Assembly: GCA_038496445.1 (NCBI GenBank)
Contig: JALMLS010000424.1
Coordinates: 1 to 64,000 of the forward strand
DNA length: 64,000 bases
Source: Trichosphaerium sp. ATCC 40318
Taxonomy: Eukaryota; Protista; Tubulinea
Direction of reading: 5' to 3'
In this document: piece by piece, positions 39,465 to 51,600 of the stretch
Layout of the letters: every line of letters begins with the position of its first letter
How positions within the stretch are numbered: position 1 is the first letter of the stretch
Translations under genes and position numbers: made by a program
The notes under the pieces: model-generated
The model's input: only the letters and a program-made list of their open reading frames with translations
Databases searched by the model: none
Told to the model about the DNA's origin: nothing

Positions 39465-42400
39465 ATGGCTAAGGTGTATTGTTCTGCGTGTAAAAAGTGG
39501 TACAGGTCAAAGTACTATAAATATGAACATTTAAACTCCAAAGCTCATAAACGAGCATTGCTTGGCCTTCATACAAGTATGCGTTCATTATAACTGGCAA
39601 ATAATAAACTAAATCAAATCCAATAGGTAGAGTTTACAGTGTCCAAAATGCTGGTATGAATGGAAAATGTGGAGTAAATGATACCAATGGCGTAGTTGAA
39701 TACAATGAATGTGAGCTTGGTGATGTTAGCATTGATGCCTTGAAATACATGAGCGACGGAGACAACAGCAACGATGGAGGCGACTTTAGCAGTGTGAGCG
39801 ACGACGCAAAGAGTGTGAACAGCGTTGACAGTAATAACATGAGCGATGAAGGCAGTGATGACGTTGACAGCAATAACACAAGTGACGACAGTAGCGACAG
39901 TGATGTAGGTGACTTTAGTAGCATCAGTGATTCAGAAAGTGTAAACAGTGTTGATGATGATGATGGCAATCTCGGCAATGTGCCTTATCTGACAAACTTG
40001 TTACAAAGTTATAGGGGTATGAGCAATGGCGCACAAGACAATGACGTGTGCATGCATTCTGTAGAAATGCCATGTTACTTGGAGGAGAGCAACAGAAGCA
40101 TAGATTATAGTATGTCATTTATTTATTAATAGTTGTCAACTCACTTACAATACTAGCATCTGTTGAAGAGCTTGCAAGGGAGCAAATGCGAAGAGAACAA
40201 GCTCCACCAAAATTTAGTGCAGCAAAGAACTTTGATGATGCTACAGCCATAGACAAATTAGGCTATTTGTTGTTGGCGCTGAAACTGGAACATAAGTTGT
40301 CTGGTGTGTTGTGTGCAAAAATCCTGAACCTGTTGAACACAGCTTTGATCCTTTTTGGCGTGGATAAAAAAGGTGCTTTCAATTGTTGTGCTTTGAATCT
40401 TACGCTAAGTATGTTTTAGATGTTGTGTCAGTTAGTATTCAAACACTGTTCAAAGAGGTAACCGCCAAGGTATGTTATAAATACTAGTAAACGTTTAGGT
40501 AATGAGCATTTAGTTTTTGCCTAAATTTGAACCCAAACAGATTTTTGTGGACAAAAGAAGCAAGTCAGATAAAGTTCTTTCCAGAACTACGGTTCCCTTT
40601 TACCCTCCTTCAAAACACATTAAAAGAGTACTTTATCATGTTCCAGGCAGGGACAGTATTAAAGAGTGTATAAGTTTAGAACCGGCAACAATGCCTACGT
40701 ATTTTGAAGACGGCACTGTGCAGCACGAGAGAGTGTATCAAGGACCAGAAACAGGAACCAACATCAAAAAAATATTTGCAGATGTGCTTGATGAATATGC
40801 AGCTGACAAAGAAAACACCATACTACTTCCAGGTGATTCAACATTATAGGTAGTTGTATCTCACAATACTTAGCTTATATCACCAAAGATGATTTTACTT
40901 ACGACAAAAAAGATAGCCTTGGTCCTCTTTATATGGTGGTTTGGAACTTGCCCAACAGTGCTACTGCTACTGGAAAAATGGTCTTATCTATATTGCCCAA
41001 ATGCTTGCATGAAGAAGATCTTTTAAAACATGTAGTGGAGGATTTCTTAGAGGTCTTTAACGGCATGCGTTGCTACATTCAAAGTGAAAAAAAGGCAAGT
41101 TTTTTCCTTTGTTTTGTTGTTATACAATTGTTTCTCTAATGTGTTTATCTTGTACAGTATTATACGGTGTATTTGAGGTTGACTAAGATTTTGGGAGACA
41201 CACAAGGATCCAACAGGTTGATATGTATGTTAACGTTTTAAACAATGATTTATTAAAGCCTTACTTTGTTTAGCAATGAGAAGTCCAACATCTCACTATC
41301 CTTGTCGAATATGTAGAGTGCCAAAAGCTGCTTTTCAAAAAGTGACTGATGCTCAAGCGTTAATTAAAGCTTATAGAAAAACTCACAACACTCTCACTCT
41401 ATTGCATCAAAACTCGTATAGTGAACACTATAAAGAGTGTTTCAGCATTCATAGACAGGTACACTATTAATAAAATACTCACTGTACTTTTTGACTTATA
41501 AAATGTGTTTAGTCTCCATTTAGCAGCCTATTGTGATACAGGTTTGACTTCTTTTTGGATTCTCCATACTGTCCATTTCACAACATCATATTGGGTATTG
41601 CTAAAAATGTGTTGGCTAAGACGTTGTCAACAATGCAACAGTTATCTTCATTGGAACACTTCAAAAAGACTGTAAATTGTAGAATCAAATATATCAGAAA
41701 ACAAAACACAGGTTTGGGAAAGTGTGTAGTTGGCCACTAGCTTTTTTCCTCTTTTTAAACACAATTTTTAGGATGAAAGCAGTGTGGAACAAGACAGGGT
41801 GCTTGGTGGGTGATAGTTGGGACGGAGCTGATATGAGGACATTTTTAAAAATGTCAGCATTGGTTTTTCGAAATATCTTGCCTGACAACTTTATGGCAAT
41901 GTGGTAGTTTTGTATCCCTTTTTATTTATTCAAATTCTCTAAATAGGAAACACTTGTTGTCATTTGTAGTGTTGAGTCAAAAGGATTACTTGTATGAAAC
42001 TCAAGTCAACAATATTAGCAAAAAATACAAAACTTTGATAGGTAAAATCAAACTTTGCTTTCCAGGTACGTTAAATTCCTTGTGTTTATATGTAATAAAC
42101 CATTGATATGTGTATAGATTGGAACTTGAATACAACTAACTTTCATGTACCTTATCACTATGAATACATGATTAAGAAATTTGGAGTATTTAAACACTTC
42201 AGGTTAAAATGATGTCTAAGTTGACATTTTGCTAAAAGTTTTGCCTTAGTACTTATGCGTGTGAGTCCAAACATGCTACTATAAAGAAATGGAAACAATC
42301 ATCAAAAAATCACAACAAAATCAGGTTTGATTATCACTCATACTTGTCTTTTTTAGTTGATACACTTTAGAGACATAACTAACAAAGAAATACCGTGGCT

Positions 42401-44166
42401 TTTACTATCATATGCTGGCAAATTTGACAAGTTGTGTGCTAAGATTCAGTACAATGTCAATGTGGTTGCTGAGCCAGTTTCTATTGCTTTCACTCGTCCT
42501 TTTTATCAAAGACCAACAACTAAGTGGATGTTAAGTGTGTAATTGTGAAAATGAACTTACAACTTACATCATTTTTTAGGAAACAAACACCGAGTCACAC
42601 ATTTAAGTCACATGGAAAAGTTGGCACTTGAAGCTACTTTTCTTTTAGCTTCTGAACAACTTTTATCCGGATTGTTTGGCCTTTATAACTCGATCACTGC
42701 ATCAGACATGTCTATCAAACTGTCAATGTCATCTGAAACTCTTTTTAAGTCATGGAGAACTGCTAAAAATGAGTCTAAACAAGATTGCATTTATGTTAAA
42801 ACACAAGCAATTTATCAAAGCATGACAAATGCTAATGCAGTGTTTATATTTGGCACAGGGCTGAAACTCAGCTAGGCATTGCCTTAAAAAATGATGCATA
42901 TTCCTAACATTTGGCATTAGATGGCAAAATCAAGGCATTTGCATTTGGCAATGCCCAATAAAATAAGGCATTTTTACAAAAAGGCAATGCCTTCATCAAA
43001 AAGGCATTAATACCAGGCATTTTTGGGCATCTTTTGGCATTGCATAAAATCAGGTAATGCCTTGTATTGCATTTTTTGGCATTGCATAAAATCAAGTAAT
43101 GCCCTGTATTGCAAGTACTTTATGCCTTTATTATGCCTTATTTTTTTAAGCAATATATGCCTTGTATTTTAATTCATATATAAGGCATTGCCTATACTAT
43201 ATCATAGGACTGATCACATTAAGGAAGTGGTTTAAGGTAAGTAACAGTCAAACAACTTTTACGCTTTTTTTTTCACATCACCTACTGACGTTTTATATAG
43301 ATAGGCATCTAGCGCTCTTAGTAATTCATGAAATTAGACGAAACCACCCCCAAACGAACCGCAGCACCCTATTTCACCTACAACAGTAGTAGGAGTGAAC
43401 TCCGCGATATTTCCAGGACCGCGGAATTCTAACACTACAAGGTAAGTTTTTTTTTTTTTTTTTCTACACCATCTCATATTTTCTTTAAGGTTTTTTCAAA
43501 TGTGGACTTAGGAGTTTTGTGTATTGTATGTGTACTGTATTATAAAATAAATAGTTGTGTTATTACCTGAAAATGCCCTGGTTTATTAGGCACTGTAGAT
43601 TATGACAATGCTTTCTTTTTGCCTTCAAAATAAGGCATTGATGCATGAGTTATGCCCTAATTTGAAGGCATAATTTCTTAAAATATGCAGGCAAAACCAT
43701 TGCAATCTTGTGTACCAGATGCAAGCATTTTTCATCAAATATAAGGCATTTTTGGAGCAAAAAATAAGGCATTGCCCTGTATTTGCCTTTTTGAATGAGG
43801 CAAAAACTAGGCATTTTTGTAAAAAATAAGGCATTATTTGATGAAAATGCCTAGGCATTGTCCAAAAATGCCTTGTTGAGTTTCAGCCCTGCATGTACGT
43901 CAAAGAGAAACCAAAACTAAACAAAATAATTTCATTGTAGGTACTACACAATTAAAGACCTTGACACCCCTTATGACGCTGCCAGTGAGTTGTTAATGTA
44001 AGTTCTGGTCCAATTTTTTGGTTTGTCTGATAACAATAGGGTTAAATTGGAGCATAAAATAGCATGTATACCTCTGAAATGTGTCTACAAATTGGCACAA
44101 CTTTACAATACTCCAGATGACCAAGTGTTATTGATCAATTATTATCATTATGCCATACCGGCTTGA
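39465..44166 (+). CDS. DDE transposase of the CMC (CACTA/Mirage)/Plavaka type, spliced, disrupted by family A copy 3
   Basis: N-terminal CSAC...H...H zinc finger, acidic tract, LALKLEHKLSG, KDDFTYD...LGPLYMVVWNLP, ILGDTQ, YPCRIC, CPFHNIILGIAKN, NFHVPYHY...KFGVFKHFSTYACESKH. Confidence 0.85.
42856..43891 (-). mobile_element. Non-autonomous TIR element family A, copy 3 (1036 bp, inverted)
   Basis: Same TIRs, CA|...|CA TSD; removal restores TTT GGC AT followed by a GTACGT splice donor in the transposase gene. Confidence 0.93.
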
Positions 44167-44213
44167 AATACCAGCAAAATTGGGTCAATAATTTTAGTTA
44201 ACACAAAACACAA

Positions 44214-46565
44214 ATGTTGTCAGAACCTGTACCTCCGCCTGCTAAAAAATTAAAAGATGAGGAAGTATTGAAGTGTTTACTGTACCTTTAACAATTATTT
44301 TTTACTCTTGCTGTATTTAACTTTTTATTAGTAGTATAAACTTACAATTGAATACTTTAAACGGCTTATGTACTTCAAATGAACAAGCTATAACAAAAAT
44401 TGCAAACACTCAACAAGTTTTAAACGCTCCCACAATTGAAGAGAAAGATATTCCCACGCCTGACCATGTGCGCTGATGCCAAACCTGCAATATTACATTT
44501 GTAACATAATTTATTTTTTTAGAGCGGATTGTCAACAATAATTGTACGGACACTGATAGAAGAAGGCGCGAGAACACACAAACAAAAAGTAGCAACTTTT
44601 ACGAAATTAAAAAAAGAAGAAAAGTACAAATCATATGACTTCACCTCAAGCAACAAAAAGCTTATACGATGCTACACAACTGCTTTTAGAAATTTAAAAG
44701 GTTATATCACAAAGTATGTGCGGACAATAAAAGAAACAGACGCAAGCATAAGCTCAGAAGACGCTTGTACGGCATATGTGTTTTAGGGGTTTTTTACATT
44801 AACATTTTATTTTTTCAGGGGCTATAATTCTTAAAGCTCTTCAACACAATGATTTCTGTATTGCCATTTCCTTTGTAAGTACTCCGAAAACAGAGGAGAT
44901 GTTTAAAACAATGGTACGAGAGACATAAAGGCTTTTTTTGTTGATTCACAATATTAATTGTTTTTGGTCTCAACATAACAGTAATTTACAGTTCGCCAAA
45001 ATATGGAAGCTCTCTCCTCAAAAAGCATCGAAACACTACAAACAAGCACAAGTTTCTGGACATAGACGTTTTGTGGCTAACAATTATAAACACTTGTACG
45101 ATTTTCCTTTTTTTTGCTTATTTGGTGTTGACTTGACTTGTAGAACAACATTTGTGCAAGATAAAGCAAAAGGATTGCATTTAAAAACACAAATTGAAGC
45201 ACTTTCTGTAACTATGGGGCTGTCACAACCAAACACAGTAAATATGGAAAACAACAATACACCTAGCATGTTTCCTGTCGACGGCATTGCTGGTAATCGT
45301 TCCAATGATACGTTTTCTTTTGGAATAGATAGAAGTACTTTTGATAATGTTTTTCCTGGTGGCTTTTCTTCAAACTCAATGCTTACTTCTTTCAGAAATG
45401 TGGCTTCTATTCCAGGTACATGTTATGTCTGCCCATTAGTATTGTTTTTAACTCTCTTTTTAGCTGTTTCTCCTAATAGAAGTGGTATTGTTGTGCCCAA
45501 CAATTCCAATGACTTAATTTCAGACAGTTTTTTTGGTTCTGATTTAATTGATGACAGCGACTCACATGGTGGTACTACAATTTTTAAGTCTGGTACAACA
45601 ATTGCTCCTACGATTGACCAACACAATACACTTGCCACTAGCCGACATGCTGTTGCTACTTTTAGCGAAATAGTAGGTGATAACTTTAATACAAGTGTCG
45701 ATTTAGCCTCTGCAAATGGCTCTATTGGTTCTAGCGTATCATCTGTCGTTACTCATGGTATTTCTGGCACTCAAGTAATTGAGTCAGTTGTCACAAGTAA
45801 GAGTTACTTATGCTATGTTTGGTTATTCATTATTTTGTAATAGCAACACAGCAACTTGCATTGGACGCACAGCTTTCATTTCAAGGTCAAATATATTCAT
45901 TTGTTGATTTTGTTTGGCTTTATAGCAATGATGGAACTCCAAATGCAAAGCAATTGATTTCTTATATGGCTTTGTTAAAACAAACACTCTGTACTCAAGG
46001 TATGATACATTAAAAAAAAAATAATATTAAACCACAACAGCAGTAAACTTTGAAAGCATCATAATTGGTTTGGAAAAAGATTTAGAACACACTCCCGTTT
46101 TGGTATGTAAATAAACACCACAAATTCTTATTATTGTATTGAAGGACAAGAGCAACAGCAGTAATTGTGTTTTTGTTTTGGTGCCATTTGTTTTTCAAGG
46201 TCCAAATCCTGCCGTTGTTACTTTGGCGACTATCCAAGATGACTACACTATAAAATGTACCTGCTTTTTTTTTTTTCACATCTTAATAACTATGTTGTAA
46301 GGTTGGTTATCAATTGTTGGAGTTGCCAATGACCATTGCATCTTTGTACGTGATTTTACATTTATTTTTCAAAATTGGCATTCTTGTAGGTCCAAAAGTA
46401 GCTCCAGACAACATATCTGGTTTTGTGAAATCTGTTGCTCATTATAAAAAAATAGTTATTTGGATCAAAATCTTCATTGCAAGATAATAAAGGGAAAGCG
46501 GTGAAGTATTAACTTTACGAGCTAATGCAGAAATGGTAGCACGATATGCCTTGAAGCTTCTTTAA
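44214..46565 (+). CDS. Hypothetical transposon-encoded protein (NLS-like start, Ser/Thr-rich middle), spliced; end uncertain
   Basis: MLSEPVPPPAKKLKDEE start 48 bp after the transposase stop; long ORFs 44529-44786 and 44938-45840 with embedded introns. Confidence 0.55.
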
Positions 46566-48625
46566 AATCCAAAACAAAGGTGCTGTGTTTATGATAACTA
46601 GATATTAATATGTTTGTAGAAAAAGAAAAGAACAGAGAATTTATATAACAATTTTGGAAGCAACGCAAAGCAGCTGTTGAGCCTTTCAAGATTGTGTTCA
46701 TTGTTTGGAGAATTAATTTACATTGAAAAACAAGACAAGTTGTCCACTCACTTTTTGTCGTGTATGTCCAATCTTTGTATGTTTTGTGCTAATGTAACAA
46801 TGTAGTTAACTCAACTGTGCAAACACACAGCATGAGCACTATTGTAGACCAGGCTTCAAAAGGATTTATTACGTTTTTTGAATAATGTAATTACATATCC
46901 AATAAATAGAATGAATTGTAAAAATAGTTTTTTTACCTATTTATATAACGGACTGCTGTCAACGATAATAAAAAAAAAAGTATATACCATTAGCAAAGTG
47001 GTATAAAATGCAAGTTACAAGTGGTATATACCAAAAAAAAAATGGTATATAGGAATGGTATATTAGGTTTTTTCAAGTGAAAAAAAATGGTATAAATTCC
47101 GTGTTTATACCACTTTTTCCTGGCATATTAATGGTATATTTTACAAGTATACCAACTTTTTTTGGTATAATATACCATTTTTTTTGGTATATAAGCTGGT
47201 TTTTGGTATAAATGTTGAAAAGTGGTATAAAAAGAAGGTATATTTGATTATAAAATAGTATGGCAAAAAAAATATGGTATATGAGATGATAATAGTTGGT
47301 ACATGAGTGGTAATTTATGGTCAAGTGGTTTGTTTAAAAATGATAAGTATGAAGGAACTATAAAACGATTTTATGAGTGTGGGTTACTACAAGAGTTTAG
47401 TTTTTATACAGAAGGTTTTAGAAAACATATAGTATATTGGCATAAAGACGGAACAAAGATGTAGATCGACACATACCCAGCTATTAGTGTTCATTAAATA
47501 AGTTGCAACTTCCACCAGTTAAGTGAAAATAGTAGATACAGAAAGTACTTGCAAATGTTATTGCTAGAATTGTACTACATGGTTAAGAACAAGTGCAATA
47601 AATGCAACAGATTGACTTGTGAAAGATGTCGACTCATACATTAATCGAAAATTTCTTTATCTTCTTTTTTCACAACGTGCCAGCAACACAGTTCATGCCT
47701 GTTCACAGACTAATCAATACCAAAATGATTTAAACAAACTGCCAGAATCATACTACAACGTGTGGGCATGTGGTTTATCTTTCAGCGTGTTGTCTGACAA
47801 AATATTGTCAATGCTCAATCACATATCTGTGTTTCTGATACAGGTTTATGTGAGACGCTGCCATTCAGTATAAGATGTAGGCAAGCGTACAAGTATAGCT
47901 CATACGTCAACCACGCACTTCGTGCGTTTTTTTATTTCGGCACCTAGTCCCTACTTTAACATTTCATATTAGGAAGCCAAGCCAACAATAGTAGAATACA
48001 GGTGCATGACGTTGGAGGCGATAGAAACGGAACTTGATAATGCTCCTAATAAGCTCATGTTAAAGCACGTGACGCCTTTAAAAACCTCTTTTGCGAAGTG
48101 CTCTACAGTGGTGTCATAACTTTTACTACCGTGAATTTCGTGACACATGACCAGTAATCCAAAGGATTTTACCTGAGATTTGGACATCTGCTACGAAACT
48201 TAAGGACACTAGTGAAGCATTAGCAGTGGCGTACAAGTATCATAATTGCTTGATAAGGTATTTCAATCAAAAGACAAAGCAGCTTTTTAAGTCAGCTTAA
48301 TTATCCGTACCAGTTCCTTTGAGACTACCGTGCAAGACCTACAATCGAATCCGTCATTCAAAAACTTGTATATTGACGCTGTCTGATGTCAACGAAACGA
48401 AGGAATCAAAAAGGAACTTTTTTTAAAGTCATTTGTGTTTGATTACAGTAACGTATTTCATACACTCTGAAAAGACGTTTATGAGAAGAAAAAAAAGTTC
48501 ATGTGTTTTACCTACAGTTTTCAATGTCAAGTCAACGTCAAAATACACGATCGAAGCAACAAAGCCGCTGAGCGTTTATTTTTCATATTATGGAATACTG
48601 TTATTAGTTTAATGATCTACAAACA

Positions 48626-51600
48626 ATGAAAAGAAAAAAGCCAGAGCATGCATGCCTCAGGCTGATGCCTATGAACACGCACGGTGCTCGTGTTAACCCA
48701 ATAATAGTGTACGTCTCAAATAAAAACAGTTTAATCATTTTTAATGCTTATTTGTACAGTGAGGAGGGAGAAAATAGAATTTTTGGGCGTGGGGATGTCA
48801 GGTACACGAAAGATGAAAAAAAAGCGGCAATTATTTTATTAGAGCAACAGCATTAGCCCTAATCTATTTCAATGCTACTGCCAACTACTGTATGAACCAA
48901 TTATCACTCATTAACGCTCAGGTGGGTTGATCCTCTACGACCGCGCGCCTCAATATCTAGACGCCAAGCACACCTTCTTTGTAATGGTGTGGAGACATTT
49001 GCAGTTCGAAACGTACGTAATAAACGCCACAATTTACTTTTTCTTTTTCTTTGTTTTTAACACTTGCGGTTTAAGATTGGTTTAAATTCCATGTATCTCT
49101 TCCGTGGTAATGCAACAGACGAGGAAGCTGAGCGTATGATAAAGGATAAATGGTATCAAATAGATATCGGTGACGTCTTCTCATTGAGTGGTTATTACTA
49201 CAAGTTCAAGGCAAGAGGAGTAGACAAACACAAAAAAAAATCCTTTTTCTTTTGTTTGTTTTTTGGGTATCTGTCTACGCGCGTAGTACTGTTTCATAAA
49301 AGTTTTTGAATTCATTTCCTAAATGTTAATAGATCGTTGGAGCAGTACCTGTACGACCACCAAAGAAGATATCAACACCCGATAAACTAAGACGTGTAAA
49401 ATCCCTGACACGCCAACTCACTCCTCGAAAAATCAGCCTAAATCCACGTATAAAGGAAGAGAATGGAGATCCTGCCAATGAAGGAGCCAAAGTACGATTT
49501 TAAATATCACCAAAGCCAAAACAAACCGAGAAAAAAAACACATCAAAAACCAACTTTTTTTGGCTAGCGTTTTCGGTGCACTACATGGTTCCTAACTAAA
49601 AACGATATTCTTTTTCCTCCCTGCCCTCTACAAATCCGTTAACGTTTAAAAAGGAACCAGAACAACCAGATAATATGGCTGTAGCCCCAGCAGTAGTAAA
49701 AGAAGAAGAAGATGATGACAACGAGAGGCGGTCTGGTAAAATGAACTTGAGGAAGAGAAAACGGGTCAACTATAATTTAACAAACATCTGGAAATCAGTG
49801 TCATCAGGAAATCTGGATCAACAACAAGACAAAGCTGGAACTGCAGCGCCAGCAGCAAAGAAGAGAAAGTTGAGCACCAGTGGACCGAATGCTGATTTGA
49901 ATCCGCTCGAAGGTATGAACTACTTTGTACAAAACGGTTTTTTGTTGTTCCTCATCTTTTTTGCAGCTGTCAAGGAAGAGCGTCTCCGAAAAGCTAAACC
50001 TACTATTGTTCTTTATGATAACACATGTTTGGAGCATCGAGTGCCATCTTGGCATCTGGAACGCCCTGCAAGATTGAAGTACGTCACACTCTTTTGAATG
50101 AAAAAAAAAAAAAAATCATATCGACTCCACGAACTATGAACTCCTTCATATCTTTCAAACTTGCATTCCTTCATTTAATAATTACCATCAATGAACATCA
50201 CCGCAAAAAATGCATAGTGTTAACGTTTAAACCCTAGAACAGTGATTGAAGCAATAAATATGATAAAAAAGAAGCGTCCTAATTACCTTCGAGTTGTTGA
50301 CAATATTACACCCGCAACACCAACCCAACTTTCTCTTGTACATTCCGCAAACTACCTTGAGAAGCTTAAAGAGCTTGATAACAAAATGTACGCACAACAA
50401 CAGCTAATAACATTATCACCGAACCGACAAAAAAAAACATCAAAAAACTTGCAAAAAAAAAAATCAGAAAAAAAAGATTAATCAAAATGAAAGCAGGGGA
50501 GGTGATAAAGATCCAACTTTTATTTTCATTTTGTTCAATAAAACTACACGTGCAAAAAAATAATTTTTAACACTTATTATTACAATAACACTCACAAATA
50601 CTCCGATAGCAACTCAGGTGTTGAACAGGACTCTATCATGCATGCTACACAATTTTCAGAAACAAATTCACGTGATTCAGACGATAAGGATACTTATATC
50701 TCAAAGAACTCCTATACAGCTGCTATGAAGGCTGCAGGCGCAGTATGTCAAGCTGTTGATCTCTTAAAAGTAGCCGGAAGAAAGTATCAAAACGTATTCT
50801 GGTAAGTCCGAAGAGAGCCGAAAAGCTCCTAACACTCTTATCTTTTTAAATCCTTTTAATGATACGGTTTTTTGTATTTAACTATATGCAATTGTGCAGT
50901 ACTTTACGTTCAATGCAGTATAGTCCTTAGTGGGTCTTTACAAAAACACTAGAAACGGCAATTAGAGAGTTAATATTTTTTTGCGTTTTTTTGGGTTTTT
51001 TTGGTTTTTATGTAACCGTTATGTGTTGCTAATATCCTTCGTAGCGCTGTGAGACCTCCTGGACATCATGCAGGTCGTGATGGACATACAGAGGAAGCTT
51101 GTTCACAAGTACTAATCTTGTAATGTTATCAAGGTTCTAACTCGCGTAGGGATACTGTCTTGTTAATAATGTGGCTGTAGGAGCTGCATACGCATTACAA
51201 ATTGGATTTCCTTTCCAAAAAGTTTGCATCATAGACTTCGGTAAGCACTTTGGTTTTTTTTTCTTGAAAAAACGAAAAAAGCTTTTACGATTATTTCCTT
51301 TGTTATCTAATTGACGTTTTTGTTGTTTAGATGTTCACCATGGTAACGGAACAAATGAAATCTTTAGAGACAATAATAACGTCTTATTCATCTCCATACA
51401 TGCAAAGGTAACTAACTAACTTACAACGTCCAAAAATTGTGTAAAAGTCAGCCGAAAAAACCTTCAAAGATTTCTTTTTTTCTCCGGCCGAAAACCCCAA
51501 ACAACAAAAAAATTTTCGAATTCACATATGGTTCATGGGAGGACACAAAAATTAACCGGGGACTTCTCCGGTTAGAAAATATATTCCTCCTTTTATCGAC

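Larger units (their letters stand above)
28153..47288 (+). mobile_element. Giant (19.1 kb) CACTA/Mirage/Plavaka-like DNA transposon with cargo genes
   Basis: AT TSD (28151-28152, 47289-47290); ends CAGGTCT...GAGATG; GGTATA/TATACC arrays at ~28170-28390 and ~46980-47285; excision restores the MORN frame; contains a DDE transposase. Confidence 0.88.
26553..47464 (+). pseudogene. Intronless F-box-like + MORN-variant repeat gene interrupted by two insertions (segments ~26553-26875, 28014-28152, 47291-47464)
   Basis: Removing 26876-28013 and 28153-47288 plus duplicated bases gives ...VDGVLEGELSR-WYDNDQKKEEIVYSNGKKNGDYKSWYRNGNKKMECCYIDGKKNGEY-NSWYMSGNLWSSGLFKNDKYEGTIKRFYECG...WHKDGTKM* in one frame. 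Confidence 0.85.

Noticed and set aside
30605-43891. A 13-kb composite element bounded by 1-kb inverted repeats (copies 2 and 3), e.g. Polinton-like
   Set aside because: Each copy has its own TIRs and TSD, copy 3 interrupts the transposase gene, and no polymerase, integrase or capsid motifs were seen. The shared CA flanks mean composite movement cannot be fully excluded.
47465-48400. Possible gene remnants (ORFs 47619-47873, 47969-48187)
   Set aside because: No recognisable motif or coherent exon structure.
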